A model generated the notes under the pieces. It was not told the origin of the DNA. It made no database searches and saw nothing but the letters and a program-made list of their open reading frames with translations. From Ministeria vibrans ATCC 50519 (lineage: Eukaryota > Protista > Filasterea), in contig CALSCP010002280.1 in the NCBI GenBank assembly GCA_943704425.1, positions 1 through 42,429 of the forward strand: a DNA stretch of 42,429 nucleotides, written 5' to 3'. The translations under genes were made by a program, and so were the position numbers. Each line of letters begins with the position of its first letter. The stretch's first letter is position 1. This document shows positions 1-16,845 of this stretch, one piece after another.

Positions 1-2618
1 CGACAGGAGGCGAGTCGACGAGAAGTTCGCAGACGGTACAGGTCGTCTCCCAAAAGTTGTTGTAGTAGGGCAAAGAGGGACCGCCTGAGGTCTCTGTTTC
101 GACGGGACTCAAATCGGCGGAAGCAGAGCTGCTAGGGTTGGAGAAGGAGGTGGTGTCGGCCCCCTTGTCGACGCAGAGGTACTGTGTACGATGAACCGAG
201 TACTTTGGCGACATGATGTAGCCGTTGTACACGGTCACGTACTTCTGCGGACACTGCGAGCCACCCATGACTGTGGTAACCTTCGGCGAGGTGGTGAGAC
301 AGACGGTGCAGGCGGGTGTCTCACGATTGACCCGGTTCATTGATGTGATGCCAAGGCCCGACGTGTAGAACTCGGCGGTATAGAGGTAGCCACCACCATT
401 GCCGCTGCTGCTGTGGTACGTATTGCCAGGGTACAACTAAGGAAGAAAAGTAAATGAATGAAAACGATAAGGAGACAAAGACAAACAGAATGATGAATGG
501 TGTTGGGCGAGTACCTGTCCCTCTGGGTGCATACAAAGGGCATTGTTGCCGTTTCCGTCGTACGACGAGTAGGAGCCTGTGTCACCATAGTTGACATTGG
601 CCGCAATGAAACCCGAGTAGACGAGGGTGTCCTTGCCGGGGCAGGTGAGACCGGCCCAGCGGGTATAGAGGGTGCCCGTGTTGGCAGAGCAGTGCACACA
701 GGGGATTTCATAGCTGTTGCGGTATGTTTCGGTGGTGCCACCTTGCCACTCGGTCGGGTACCACAGAGCATTGCTGATGTGTAAGAAAATAGGGAAGTGT
801 ACATGTGTGTGTGAGAGAGAGAGGAAGAATAAAAATATTGATAGAGAAATAAAGTAAGTAACAGACACATGACAACGAGTTGGTCGTACGAAGAGACGTA
901 GGTGCCCGAGGAGGGGGTTGCATCCTTGTCCACACAGATATACTGCTGCTGGTCGTGGCTGTAGTAGCCGGACATGTAGACGCCCTGGTAGTCGGTGGTG
1001 AAGCCATTGGGGCACTCGTAGCGACCGGGCACGGTGATGGACGATTTGCGCTGATTGGTCTCGCACATGGCACAAGGGATGTTGGTGTTGGACAACGGCG
1101 CAAACGCACTAATGCCATGGCCCGACGTAACGTACCGCATCACATCAAGACGCGCAGAGGATTGCGATCCCGCGACTGTTTCATCAAATGTCGGATTGGG
1201 AGTCAAACTGGGTAGTAAGTAACAAAGAATCGTGAGAAAAATCAGAATATTATTCTATTCTGTTATCGCGCGCGATCGTACCACTGGGGAGCACTTGAGC
1301 CTCCGTTTTCACTGTATCCAGAAGACGCTGCCTGGCCGGCGTAGATCAAGGTGGATTCGGAGTCACACACATCTCGACCCCAGCGAATGTAAACAGAGCC
1401 GAAGTTCTATGTTAAATAAAAATAAATAAAAAGAATAATTATTAATAATAAAATATCAAATTATTAATCACTTAATAACAAAATTTAAAATAAATTAATA
1501 GGGATAAATGAAGAGAAAGGCTACTGGGTTAGTGAATTTATTTTATATTTTTATTTTTTATAATATCAACTTTTTGTGTTTTGTGGGTTTTTCCTTACGT
1601 TTGTCGAATCTGTGTCCTTGACACACTGAGCACAGGTCATTTCCTGGCCAGCGGGCTTGTACTGCTCGCCCTTGAGGGTGTTGGTCTCGATGGGATAGAC
1701 ACGAGAGCCGCCTGTGGCAGCGCCAACGCCGACGGGGGCGCTGTTGATGCAGACGGCGGAGGTTTTGTAGTTGCTCGAGAGAGAGGAGAACAGGTGGCCA
1801 TGGTAGACGGCCTTGTACCCCGCCGGGCACGTGTATGAGCCTGGCTGCATAAACGTGGGCGTGTCGCTGGTGCAGATGGCGCACGGAAGCTGCTGGTTGA
1901 CGATGGGGGCGAGCCAGGGCAGCGCCGTCCAGGCTGCGGTTACGCTCGGCTGGTACGTGGCGTACAGGCGCCCCGACGTCGCGCTGCTGGTGGTGAACTC
2001 CATGTAGTTGACGTCTGACGTCATGCACAGGAAGTTGGGACCGCTGCCTTGGGCGCTGGAGTAGGCGCCTGCGAAGGGAGAGAGCGTGAGCGCAGAAAAA
2101 AAGAAAAAAGTACACAACACGAAAGGAGAAGAAAAAACCTTTGGCATGGACACGGTGATTTGGCAGTAGCTAGACGGGTTTAGTGGCGCGCGTTTGCAAA
2201 ACGAGGGCGATTGAGAGTTGAGGCGCTATCGAGAAGAAAAGAAGAAGAAAAAAAAGGCGAACAAAAAAAAAAAAAAAAACACAACTTGCTTTTGGTTTGT
2301 CTCCCTGCTTTGGGCGAGAAACGAGACACGCTGTGTGCATATGCACCCTAGCAATGTAATGGGTCCTTGTAGTGAGCGCGATAGTGCGGGAGTTGCCCCA
2401 CAAAGGCGTCCAGCGCGAGCGTACGACCCAACGCTCGGGCGGCGTCGTTTGTTTTTTTTACCTGCCATGCGACCCTGCAGAACAAAATCAGTTCCGCTGG
2501 GGCAGGAGGTCACGCCCCAATTGATAAACATGGTTGACGAGTAGCCGTCAAGGTACTGGTTTGACGAGGCAGTAACAAAACCAACAAACACAGCAAGAAC
2601 ACACAGAAGGAGCTGCAT
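1..2618 (-). CDS. Secreted Cys-rich protein with at least 3 tandem short-chain-collagen-C4/NC1-like domains; 3' end outside the window
   Basis: Spliced model ATG 2618-2462, 2068-1599, 1406-1282, 1207-~890, ~772-515, ~437-1, all GT-AG. Signal peptide MQLLLCVLAVFVGFVTA. The three repeats begin STMFINWGVTSCP, SVYIRWGRDVC and TLYTRWAGLTCP. Each contains a PCA(I/M)C or ACTVC motif, PGxYxCPxG or GGSQCP, Y.G.(L/Y)(F/M)S and C(I/V)(N/D), and ends in CxxC. Confidence 0.8.
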
Positions 2619-3909
2619 CGTCGGTCGGCTGTTCAAAGACAAAGCTGACACGTGTACGATCTACTCCGAGGGGGTATCAAGCAGGTTAGAGACGGTTTTA
2701 AAATGATCAAAATAGGTTTTTTCCTTCCGATAAGGAATGTATAGGTCACGCGACTTAAGGTGATAAGGTTTTTTTTTCACGTTTTTTTTGTTCTATTTTG
2801 TATTCCCGTCAACAGCATCGCGGATGCGCCCACAACACGATGGATTATGGTCTGTGGGTGGAGTATAGATGTATGTCGGGTAGAGAATCCGCGATGAACG
2901 AAGCGAAGACGGTGGATCAGTGGGTTTGTCTGGGTGAGCGACAAGCCCCCCAGAAAGTTACTCTGTCAGAACCACAACCAACAGTACAGTAACAATTGTT
3001 TCTTTTTCTGCTCATGGTAGTCTTCAGAAGGTTCCACTAGCGTTGGTGTTTGGCGCAAGAACATCGTCGAGGACGATCGTGGTCCGTGTTGATCGAAACG
3101 TTTGACGGACGTTTGATCAACGAATTGACGAATTCTTGACGAACCAACTGAGCCAGATGTGCTTGATGCCGTCGCGGCGTGCCTCACGACCACGCGCAGC
3201 AATGTGCGTTCCCAGGCAAAGACGGGAAAGCAGTGCGTCCAACAGCCAACTTGGGTCCTTCTTCCGTCCAACCAACTAACCAACGTACCAACTCCCGACT
3301 CCGCAACCGCTCTCTCGTGGCTCGACGCCCGTGCGCGCGACTCCACGACTTCTCCCTGTCTCTGCCAAGTGGTGAGTGTCAACCTGAAGACCGTGCGCAA
3401 CAGCGGCGTGTCTCCTTCGCTCAGAACCCATTTATTGCATTTTCAGTGAAAATTCACCATGTTGGTGCGTTACTATACAACCAATTTTTCTGATAAATTG
3501 AGAAGTAAGAGTCAACTTTTTTCATTTCCTTCCCAAAGCTGAAGAACTCCTAGTTTGACGTTTGAAATTAATCATTAAAATTCCATTGGATTCCATTTCC
3601 ATCTCGATCCATACTCCATACTTCGTACGAAGTAGTCCATATTCGTGGCTCGGGATATTCCTAACTCCTGAGTGACTGAGTCCTGACCGCGAGTGAGTCC
3701 TCGGTCCTCACTTCTCAGGACACAATTGTGAATGTGTTGTCATTTGTCAATTTGATAATCAATTTTTGTCCTTCGCTCGCAACTTTCAAATTTCAAAATT
3801 CAAAAGCTCAAAATAAAACAATAAAAACATTGATTCTATTGAAATGCTCGCGCGCTCCCTCGTACGCGCTTCTACCACATTTATTACTCGCCAAGCGTTG
3901 ATCGCGAGC

Positions 3910-4864
3910 ATGTCGACGATGCCAACGTACTGACAAGCGATTTTGAACTTTGAATCATTTCTTATACTTTGTTGTGCAGCGAATTGACCGCGCTGCGAGT
4001 GTCAAAGCCCTCACCACACGTTGTCGAGGTGGAACTGAACCGTCCGAAGAAGTTAAATGCCATGAATTCGGCGTTTTGGCGTGAAATCCGCCAAGTGTTT
4101 CAGGCACTCTCGCGCGACTCGGAGTGTCGCGCAGTGCTCATCACAGCGGCGGGAAAGCACTTCACGTCGGGCCTTGATCTGCAAGATGCCGCACAGGACC
4201 TGTTCACTGCCAGCGACGACGATGCGGCGCGTCAGGCGTACCGTCTGCGCGAGACCATCACGGCGTATCAGGATTCGTTCACGGCCATTGCCGAGTGCGC
4301 CAAGCCGACCATTGTGGCGATTCAGGGCGCCTGTATCGGCGGAGGTGTTGATCTGATCACTGCCACTGACGTGCGGTGGTGCACTGCCGATAGTTTTTTC
4401 CAGGTACGCAAGGGAGAGGCAATGGCAAAGCAGTGTCACAGAATGTGTGTATGGCGTGGTAGGTGAAGGAAGTGGATGTGGGATTGGCGGCGGATGTGGG
4501 GACGCTTCAACGGCTGCCCAAGGTGGTTGGCAACGACAGCTGGGTGCGTGAGATCTGCTACACGTGTCGCAAGGTGCACGCAGACGAGGCACTGTCGCGC
4601 GGCCTTGTCAGTCGGGTGCTGGACAACCAAGAGCACCTGTACGCGGAGGCGATGGCATTGGCAGTGCGCATTGCAGAGAAGTCACCGGTTGCCATTGCGG
4701 GCACCAAACACCACCTCAACTACTCGCGCGAGCACACCACACAAGATGCGCTGGCGTACCAGGCCAACTGGAACATGGCCATGCTGCGCACAGAAGACAT
4801 TAGTGCGTGTGTTGCCGCTGCCTTTGACAAGGACGGTCCTCCGCCGACCTTCTCAAAGCTCTAA
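3910..4864 (+). CDS. ECH1: Delta(3,5)-Delta(2,4)-dienoyl-CoA isomerase (crotonase family), peroxisomal
   Basis: Exons 3910-3926, 3980-4403, 4463-4864. Motifs LNRPKKLNAMN, HFTSGLDL, GACIGGGVDLITA, QVKEVDVGLAADVGTLQRLPKVVG. C-terminal PTS1 SKL. Confidence 0.93.
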
Positions 4865-4990
4865 CAATGCAAAAAAAAAAAAAAAAAAAAAGTGTGCCCA
4901 CTCTCAATTCTTCAGTGCTCCATCTTCTACTTCCTCCCTGATCTTTCGTTTACTCACATTTCTTCACTGCTCCTTCTGTTTGTTTACTCT

Positions 4991-6258
4991 TCACTGATCC
5001 TTCTTTTGCTGCTCCTTCGCGTTGGATTTGGCACTGCCCGAGAGCTCCTTGACGACGCCCTGGACCAGCAGGAACATAAAGAAGTATTGTAAGGCCAGGA
5101 AAACGACACCTGTGCCCCACGAAAAGAGCGAGAGCGGATTGGTTGTGATGCGCTCGTCAAGTGATGCAATCATTTGCATCATCACCCATGTGCCCCACAC
5201 CACACGGTTTAGGAAGAACGTCACGATCCACACGACTCCATTCTATGTCAAGGTAAGCGTGTCGTGAGTCAAATATAATTATATATATTTGTGAGAGAGG
5301 GAGAGAGAGTGTGTGTGGTACCAGTGTGAAGAAAATGGACGATTTCAGATTGACCATTTCAAGGAAATAAGACAAGTTGGCCCAAAAGGCAGTGAGCTCC
5401 ATGGTCTGCAGCATGACCATGTAGTAGGCGCCAAAACAAGGGGTGGCGAGGAGACCCGAGAGGTAGGAGACGATGATGAGGGCATGGTGGAAGACAAAGA
5501 TGGTATCGAGACGATGGTACAGGCAGAAGAGACCGTCTTGAATCATGTAGCCGCAAGTGAAACAGAGCACAAGCGCTTGTAGGTTGGTAACAGTGTAGAA
5601 TGCCTGAGAGAGAGAGAGAGCGGTTGAGAAAGAGAGAGAGACAGAACGACAAACGGAGAAAGAGAGACAGATGAATTGATACCCAGACACACAGACAGAT
5701 ACACAGAAAGATACACAGACAGATACGCAGACAAATACACAGACATATAGACAGACAAACAGACAGAGAGAGGAGAAAGAAACAGAAACGAAGAGAGCCA
5801 TGTTGTTGTTGTGTTGGCTTACGTCGGATCCGACGGCCATGGGATCGCCCACGGTGCAAATCGGGCCAGCCGCGGTGCAAAGAAGAGCAACAACCCCAGA
5901 GATGGGACAGTGGACCTGCGAGATGCAGGTGGACTCGCACCAGCGTTTGCGGTCGTCCGGCAGCGACTGGTAAAATCGAAACAGGCCAACAATTGGGCTG
6001 CAACAGACCGTAAAGCATAAATAGGAGTTCATGCGCTGCGCAGATCGGGGCACCATTACGCGTGCCAGCGTACCGGACGAAGAGAAGGAGAAGCAAGTAG
6101 AATCCAAGGGCGCTGGCGAAGGTCGCGGCGAGGACCGCCCGACGATCAGCTTGGCGCGACTCCATGTCAACTATGTGCGGCACATATTGCTCTAATGCAA
6201 GGCCGATCACTGCAGCTTGAGCGCTCAAGTCTTGCCAGATGCCGAGTAACGTTTCCAT
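4991..6258 (-). CDS. TLC (TRAM/LAG1/CLN8) domain ER membrane protein
   Basis: Multi-exon gene. GYMIQD, FVFHHA, MELTAFWAN and FFLNRV are TLC hallmarks. Several hydrophobic helices and a C-terminal KKDQ (KKxx ER retrieval signal). Confidence 0.8.
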
Positions 6259-6415
6259 CGCAACTCAAAAAAAAAATTGAAAAAAAAAGCTAACGGGCGA
6301 CTATTGAGTATTGACTAATGTAATCAAGTATGAAGTGGTGGTCTGAATGAATAGTGAGCGTCTGAAGACTGAACTCTAACGACTAAAGTCTAAACACAAT
6401 TTTTGTTTTGCTAAG

Positions 6416-8803
<2,388 letters not shown>

Positions 8804-8951
8804 AGCACACACACACAGAGAGAGTGAGAGAGGCACACACCCATCGTACATTGCAAAAGTTCAGTTTTTTTTTTAAGTGATCGATTGAAAATGGTACACT
8901 GAGAACTGAGAAAAAGAGTTTTGTTTGCGTGTGGGTGAGCAGAGAGACAAT

Positions 8952-11881
<2,930 letters not shown>

Positions 11882-12362
11882 GGTGCACAGGAAAGGCGCG
11901 AATGAACTAAAAACTAATGAAGTGTTTGGTGTTTTTACTTTTTTCTTTCATTTTCCAATCATTATTAATTTTATTAATTGATATCATTGCGATTGTCTCA
12001 CTGGGTAGCGACGACACATCATTCTGACCTGCCACTGGTCTGAGTGTTCTCCCATGTTCATTAATAAATGGGGTAGACTTCAAGTCGAGAATGTCCCGAA
12101 AGAAACCCATAGACCCACTGAATAAACTGATACCAGATACACTCATGGTATTACACTGAGTGTGACTGTTCAGTCATCAGTGTCTCAGTGTCTCACTGAA
12201 TCACTTACTTCTGATAAATATGAGTGAGTCTCACAACTCACACTCCGTCAATCAGTCACAACTCGGAACTCCCATCTCATTCAGTCACTCAGTCACTCTT
12301 TTTTTTTTTTCAATTGACCTGTCATCTGCTCTGGGACGCGCACCGCCACTTTGACTCTTGCC

Positions 12363-15300
12363 ATGTCGCATGAACAGTCCAACTCCACTGAGCCGTCTAT
12401 GAGCGCCGTCATGGAAATGTTGTTGGTACGAACTTGCCAAAAAAAAAAAAATTGCGCCGCGTGAAATTCTGTCATCGCCCACGGATGCTCACCTGCTGCC
12501 TTGGTCGTCTGTAGGAGCTCACGGGCATCATCCGGTGTGGAGTGTGCCACGGCGGCCATACATTCCGCGGTTCGGTATGCAAAACAGTGCGTTTTGGGTA
12601 GAGGAGCGCAACTCAGTGTGCGAACCCCCCTTTTTTCGTGCAGGAACTCGTTGCATTCTTGCTGCGCACGACCATTGCCGAGTCGCAGGAGGAGGCGCTC
12701 TCGTTCGCCAGCACCCTGCTGAAAGCGAACATGTTCAATGCCGTGGCGCCCGGCAAGCAGGCGGTGGGCGCCAGCGCTCCCTTCAGCGCCAACTCGCAGA
12801 AGTACCGCCTCACCGGCCTCGACTCCTCCAAGTTTGTCACCTTCTCTCGCGAGCCACACACTGGGTCGTCCGTTCAAGTGAGTGGGGAGAGGGGGGGTGT
12901 GTTTGTTTTTAGCTGAAACTGAACTTGTGTGTGTTTTTGTGAATGTAGATTCGCCACTTTAGCAACGTCGTGCACATTGACCGAGTTGCCGTCCACGGAG
13001 GCGGACAGATCCCCTACCTATTTGTGCACGAAAACAACTTTGCGGACCAGCCGCGCTGCGGCTGTCTTGCCCAAATACTCACGGTGGAAGAGGGCTCACT
13101 CGTTCGCCATGGCCTCACCTTTACTCTCACACAGCCGCGATCGCTCTTTTTTGCGCCCGCCCTCTACGACCACGAAGACCTCAAGCAACTTGTCAGTTCG
13201 CGGTTTCGTCGCACGCTCCTCTGCGCCCCCGCCATCGAGCCCCTCTGTTTTGACTGTACCGTTGGCGAACACGTCATCCAGCGACTCGCCACTCTCCCGC
13301 GTTTCTACCCGCTCGGTCGCAAGAACCGTTTCCTTCCAAGCCTCCGAGCGCGTCATCGCAAGGAGTCCAGTTGCCCCGCCACGACCATGCTCCGTCGTGT
13401 CAGCGACAACTTTCGCGGTGGAGGCACCGACTTGCACCGCGACTCCTCCGACTCCGCTGCCCACCGCGACTCGTCCGTCTCACAATCGCCCACAACCTCA
13501 TCTTCACCACCGCCACCATCACAACCACCCCACGACACAAGGGACAGTGGCTTTGGCGGTAGCAACAGCGAGTTGTCGTCCACATCGCCGCGCGAGCTCT
13601 CTGCAACCGCGACGCACACCGACGAATCGATAAGCCACGAGAGCTCACTCAACGAAGGTGAAGATGAAGACGATGAGCTGGGCGCGAGTCGTCCACCCTC
13701 GCCTATTGAGCGCCGAGGCACCGGCACGAGTGTCACGTCGTCGACGGCGACATCGTTGCTCCCGGTCCTTCCACGAGACATGGGCACGCGTCGTACGCTG
13801 CTGCGCTTTCTGACTGAGCGATTCAGACGCAAGGCGAAGAAGCAGCAAGAGGCAGGCGATGCAAATGATGTCGACGATGACGATGACGTAGACGACGCGT
13901 TTGCGCCCGAGATTATGACTAATGAGGATGACGGCACACTCGAAGCGGCCGCTGTGTCTGCGCCCGTTGGAATGAGCTCCAAGGATTACAAGCACTACCG
14001 CAAAGAGGGCTGGATCCACGTCACATGGAAGTACCACCTCATTGATGAGACGGGCACCAACCATGCCGACATTTCCTTTACCTCGCGCGTCGTCCGCGAC
14101 CCTCTCCCTCCGCCCTGTACCAATTGTCTGGAGAAGCGCGCTCGGAACCGTGCTATGAACGCTCGCTCCCTCTCTCACAACAGCAGCACACAGGCCACAC
14201 TGCCCTCGGCCAATCGCACTCAGACGTGCAGTTTGACTGGACTCATGAAGCGTGGACTGGCGACCGCCTCGTCGACGTCCGTGCCCTCGATAGCCGCCCA
14301 AGTGCTACGACCAAAGTGGAAGACGCACTTCACTGCGCAGATTGAGGCGCGTAACTATGCGCAGACGACGCTGTTTGAAGGGCTGGTCAACATGCAGGAG
14401 CGACTAATGGCACAGTGGCGGAACAAACAGCATCAGTTGAGTGCGGGCGTCGAGTCGAGTGTGGCGTTTTCGGAGGGATCGAGTACGGGAGAGGAGAGTC
14501 AGGCGAGTGCGCCTAGCAATGGTCGCTCTGGCGGGGGAGGAAGGAAGACTGCGCGTAGCTGGATACGCCCCGAGGAGCTCATGACGCTCAAGCGACGTGT
14601 GTTATCGATGAAGGACGGGACCAAACTGCGACGAGTGGGGTACATTGAGTCGTTCGATGGGCTGCGATTACTCTACCATGCGTTTGAGCAGCGCAACCGC
14701 CCTCAGGCGAGTGCCAATGTAGTCTTGGTGTCGTCCATTGCTGTGGGCTTCGATTGGCTCCTGCCGACGGCCGAGGAGCTCGCAGGCGACCACAACTTCA
14801 ATGTGTACTTGCTGATGCTGCGGGGCCATGGAGGCAGCGAGGGCCCACCGGGCTTCACGCCGTCCAAGCAGGCGTTGCTGTACGACATCCGGTCGTTGGT
14901 GCGCCACGTCAAGTGGAATGTGGCGGGTGAGAGTAGTGGAAGCACTGAGCCCGGACGGACACTGCCTCTCTTTGTTGCGGGGCATTCGAGTGGCGCGTCG
15001 CTTGTGTTTCGCTATGGTGTGTGGCCTGAACGCGAGCCCGTGGACGGGTACACCATTGCGGCGCCGTATTTCAAGGAGTTCCTGTTCGACGATAAGAAGA
15101 CGCAGACGACGGCGGACAAGCTGTTGATTCGTATCAACAAGCTGTCGCATGGGCATTTGCTGGGCAACGTATCCCTCGTGGACGTGCGCAAGAAGTATCA
15201 GCAGGAGATTGGTGGTGGTGGTGGCAGTGGTGGTGCTGCTGCTGGCAAGGGTGAACTTGACCTGGGCGACTTCCCGCACCAGCTGTCTGTCAATCTGGTT

Positions 15301-15534
15301 GCGGCCATCATGGTCCACAATGTCGCAGACAAGTTTATGCGTCTCGACCGCCGCTTTGCTCTTATCCTCGCCGAGGACGACGAGTTCTTTGACGCGCAGG
15401 CACTCGCCGCCGTCGCGCGTCGCTCGCCCGTCTCCAGCAAGACCGTTGAGATTGTGGAGGGAACCACTCAACTGAGCATTTTGCCTCAATTTGCCGAATT
15501 GCTCGCCCAGTGGATCCGCTCTTCGATCAAGTAG
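12363..15534 (+). CDS. N-terminal DEP domain, unknown/low-complexity middle region, C-terminal alpha/beta-hydrolase (monoglyceride lipase/lysophospholipase-like)
   Basis: Splicing of the small 5' exons gives HTFRGS|ELVAFLL...SQEEALSFASTLLKANMFNAV...FSANSQKYRL (DEP consensus). The last exon (~12949-15534) contains SFDGLRLLY, LRGHGGSEG, FVAGHSSGA and AEDDEFF. Confidence 0.75.
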
Positions 15535-15628
15535 CCGCATTTTGTTTTTGTTGTTTTGTTTTTGATGAGGATGATTGAAATGTACATATTATTATTATTA
15601 TTTTATTATCATAATTATTTTTCGTTTT

Positions 15629-16508
15629 TCAACTTGTATCCATGGGAGAGCGAGTGGAGTCCGCTGTGTCCTCTGCTGCTACTGCCACTGTCTCTTCGTC
15701 GTGTGCTTCCGCCTCTTCTTCAAGCTCACTCATGAGCTCCATAGCCGTGTGAAGAAGCACGTGGAATTGCTTTTTACGCAGTTCAATGAGCCCTTGGACG
15801 CGAGCGCGGTCTTGAATGAGCGCGTCAATTTCGCCCTTGAGCGTCTCCAACTGTGAGTTGCTCTCGGCGCGCGGCGTCACCTAATCCAGGGCGGCGCATT
15901 GAGGGATCACTTGGAGGAGCGTGGTGTCTTCTACCTTGTCAATGGCGCAGGCAAGGGCGTGGTACTCCTCGCGATTTGCTCGATGTTTCTTCTCCGTGTC
16001 GAGCAAGCCTCGTTCGGCGACAATCGCCTCTTCAGTCTGTGCTATTTGTTGCTCTGTGCGCCGCCGGAGGAGGAGAGGAGCAGGAGGGGAAAGAGGGGTG
16101 AGTGTGCGAAAGAGGGAGAGCGAGCGAGCGTGCGTGTGTGCAGCGTACCGATCGAGCTGAGTGTCGCCGTGTACGATTTGATTTCTTCGCGGTTCGCGTC
16201 GTCCGCCAGGGCTGTTCGCGTCGTTGCAAACGCCATGGCGCGGATGGTGGACTTCATTTTGGCAAGGGCTGCATCACTATGGGATGGAACGGGTGGACGG
16301 TCACAATCGCGCGAGCAATGGGCCGTTTTATTGGCGCACGTACTCAGAGTCAGAAGCGAAACAAAACTTGTGGAAATCTTTGATCGCCGAGTTGATGGCG
16401 CGCTCGTTGAGCAGCAGACGCTGCTGAAGGATTTCCTCCACAGCGGCGGCTACACACGCAAACAAGGGGTGAGTGACGGAGAGAAAGAATCCAAAGTTTA
16501 CCAGACAT
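15629..16508 (-). CDS. THOC7: THO complex subunit 7
   Basis: 5-exon model: MS|AAAVEEILQQRLLL...REEIKSY...RANREEYHALA...IELRKKQFHVLLHTAMEL. Confidence 0.88.
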
Positions 16509-16619
16509 AATAATTATTATGTTTTACTGTATTAGAAAAAAAGTGAGTGACTGTCCAACGATCAACGATAAATGAAAGAAACGGAAAATGAATAATATGA
16601 TATGATCGCTTGAAGTGTT

Positions 16620-16802
16620 TTATTTGAAGATGAGATGGGGATGAGTATCACCCAGAGTCAAAAGAAGATCGCCAAAGAGAGAGTTTGCCCAGGCGAACCA
16701 GGGACGAGTGTAGTCATTGGCATTGTCACGATTGAATGATTCGTGCATGAAATACGTTCCAGCCGTCGAGTTTTTCAAGTTTTCAAGGCAATCCATGATC
16801 TC

Positions 16803-16845
<43 letters not shown>

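Noticed and set aside
11907-12146. 79-aa ORF upstream of MON1
   Set aside because: No motif, runs into AT-rich sequence, and MON1 has a good start at 11881.
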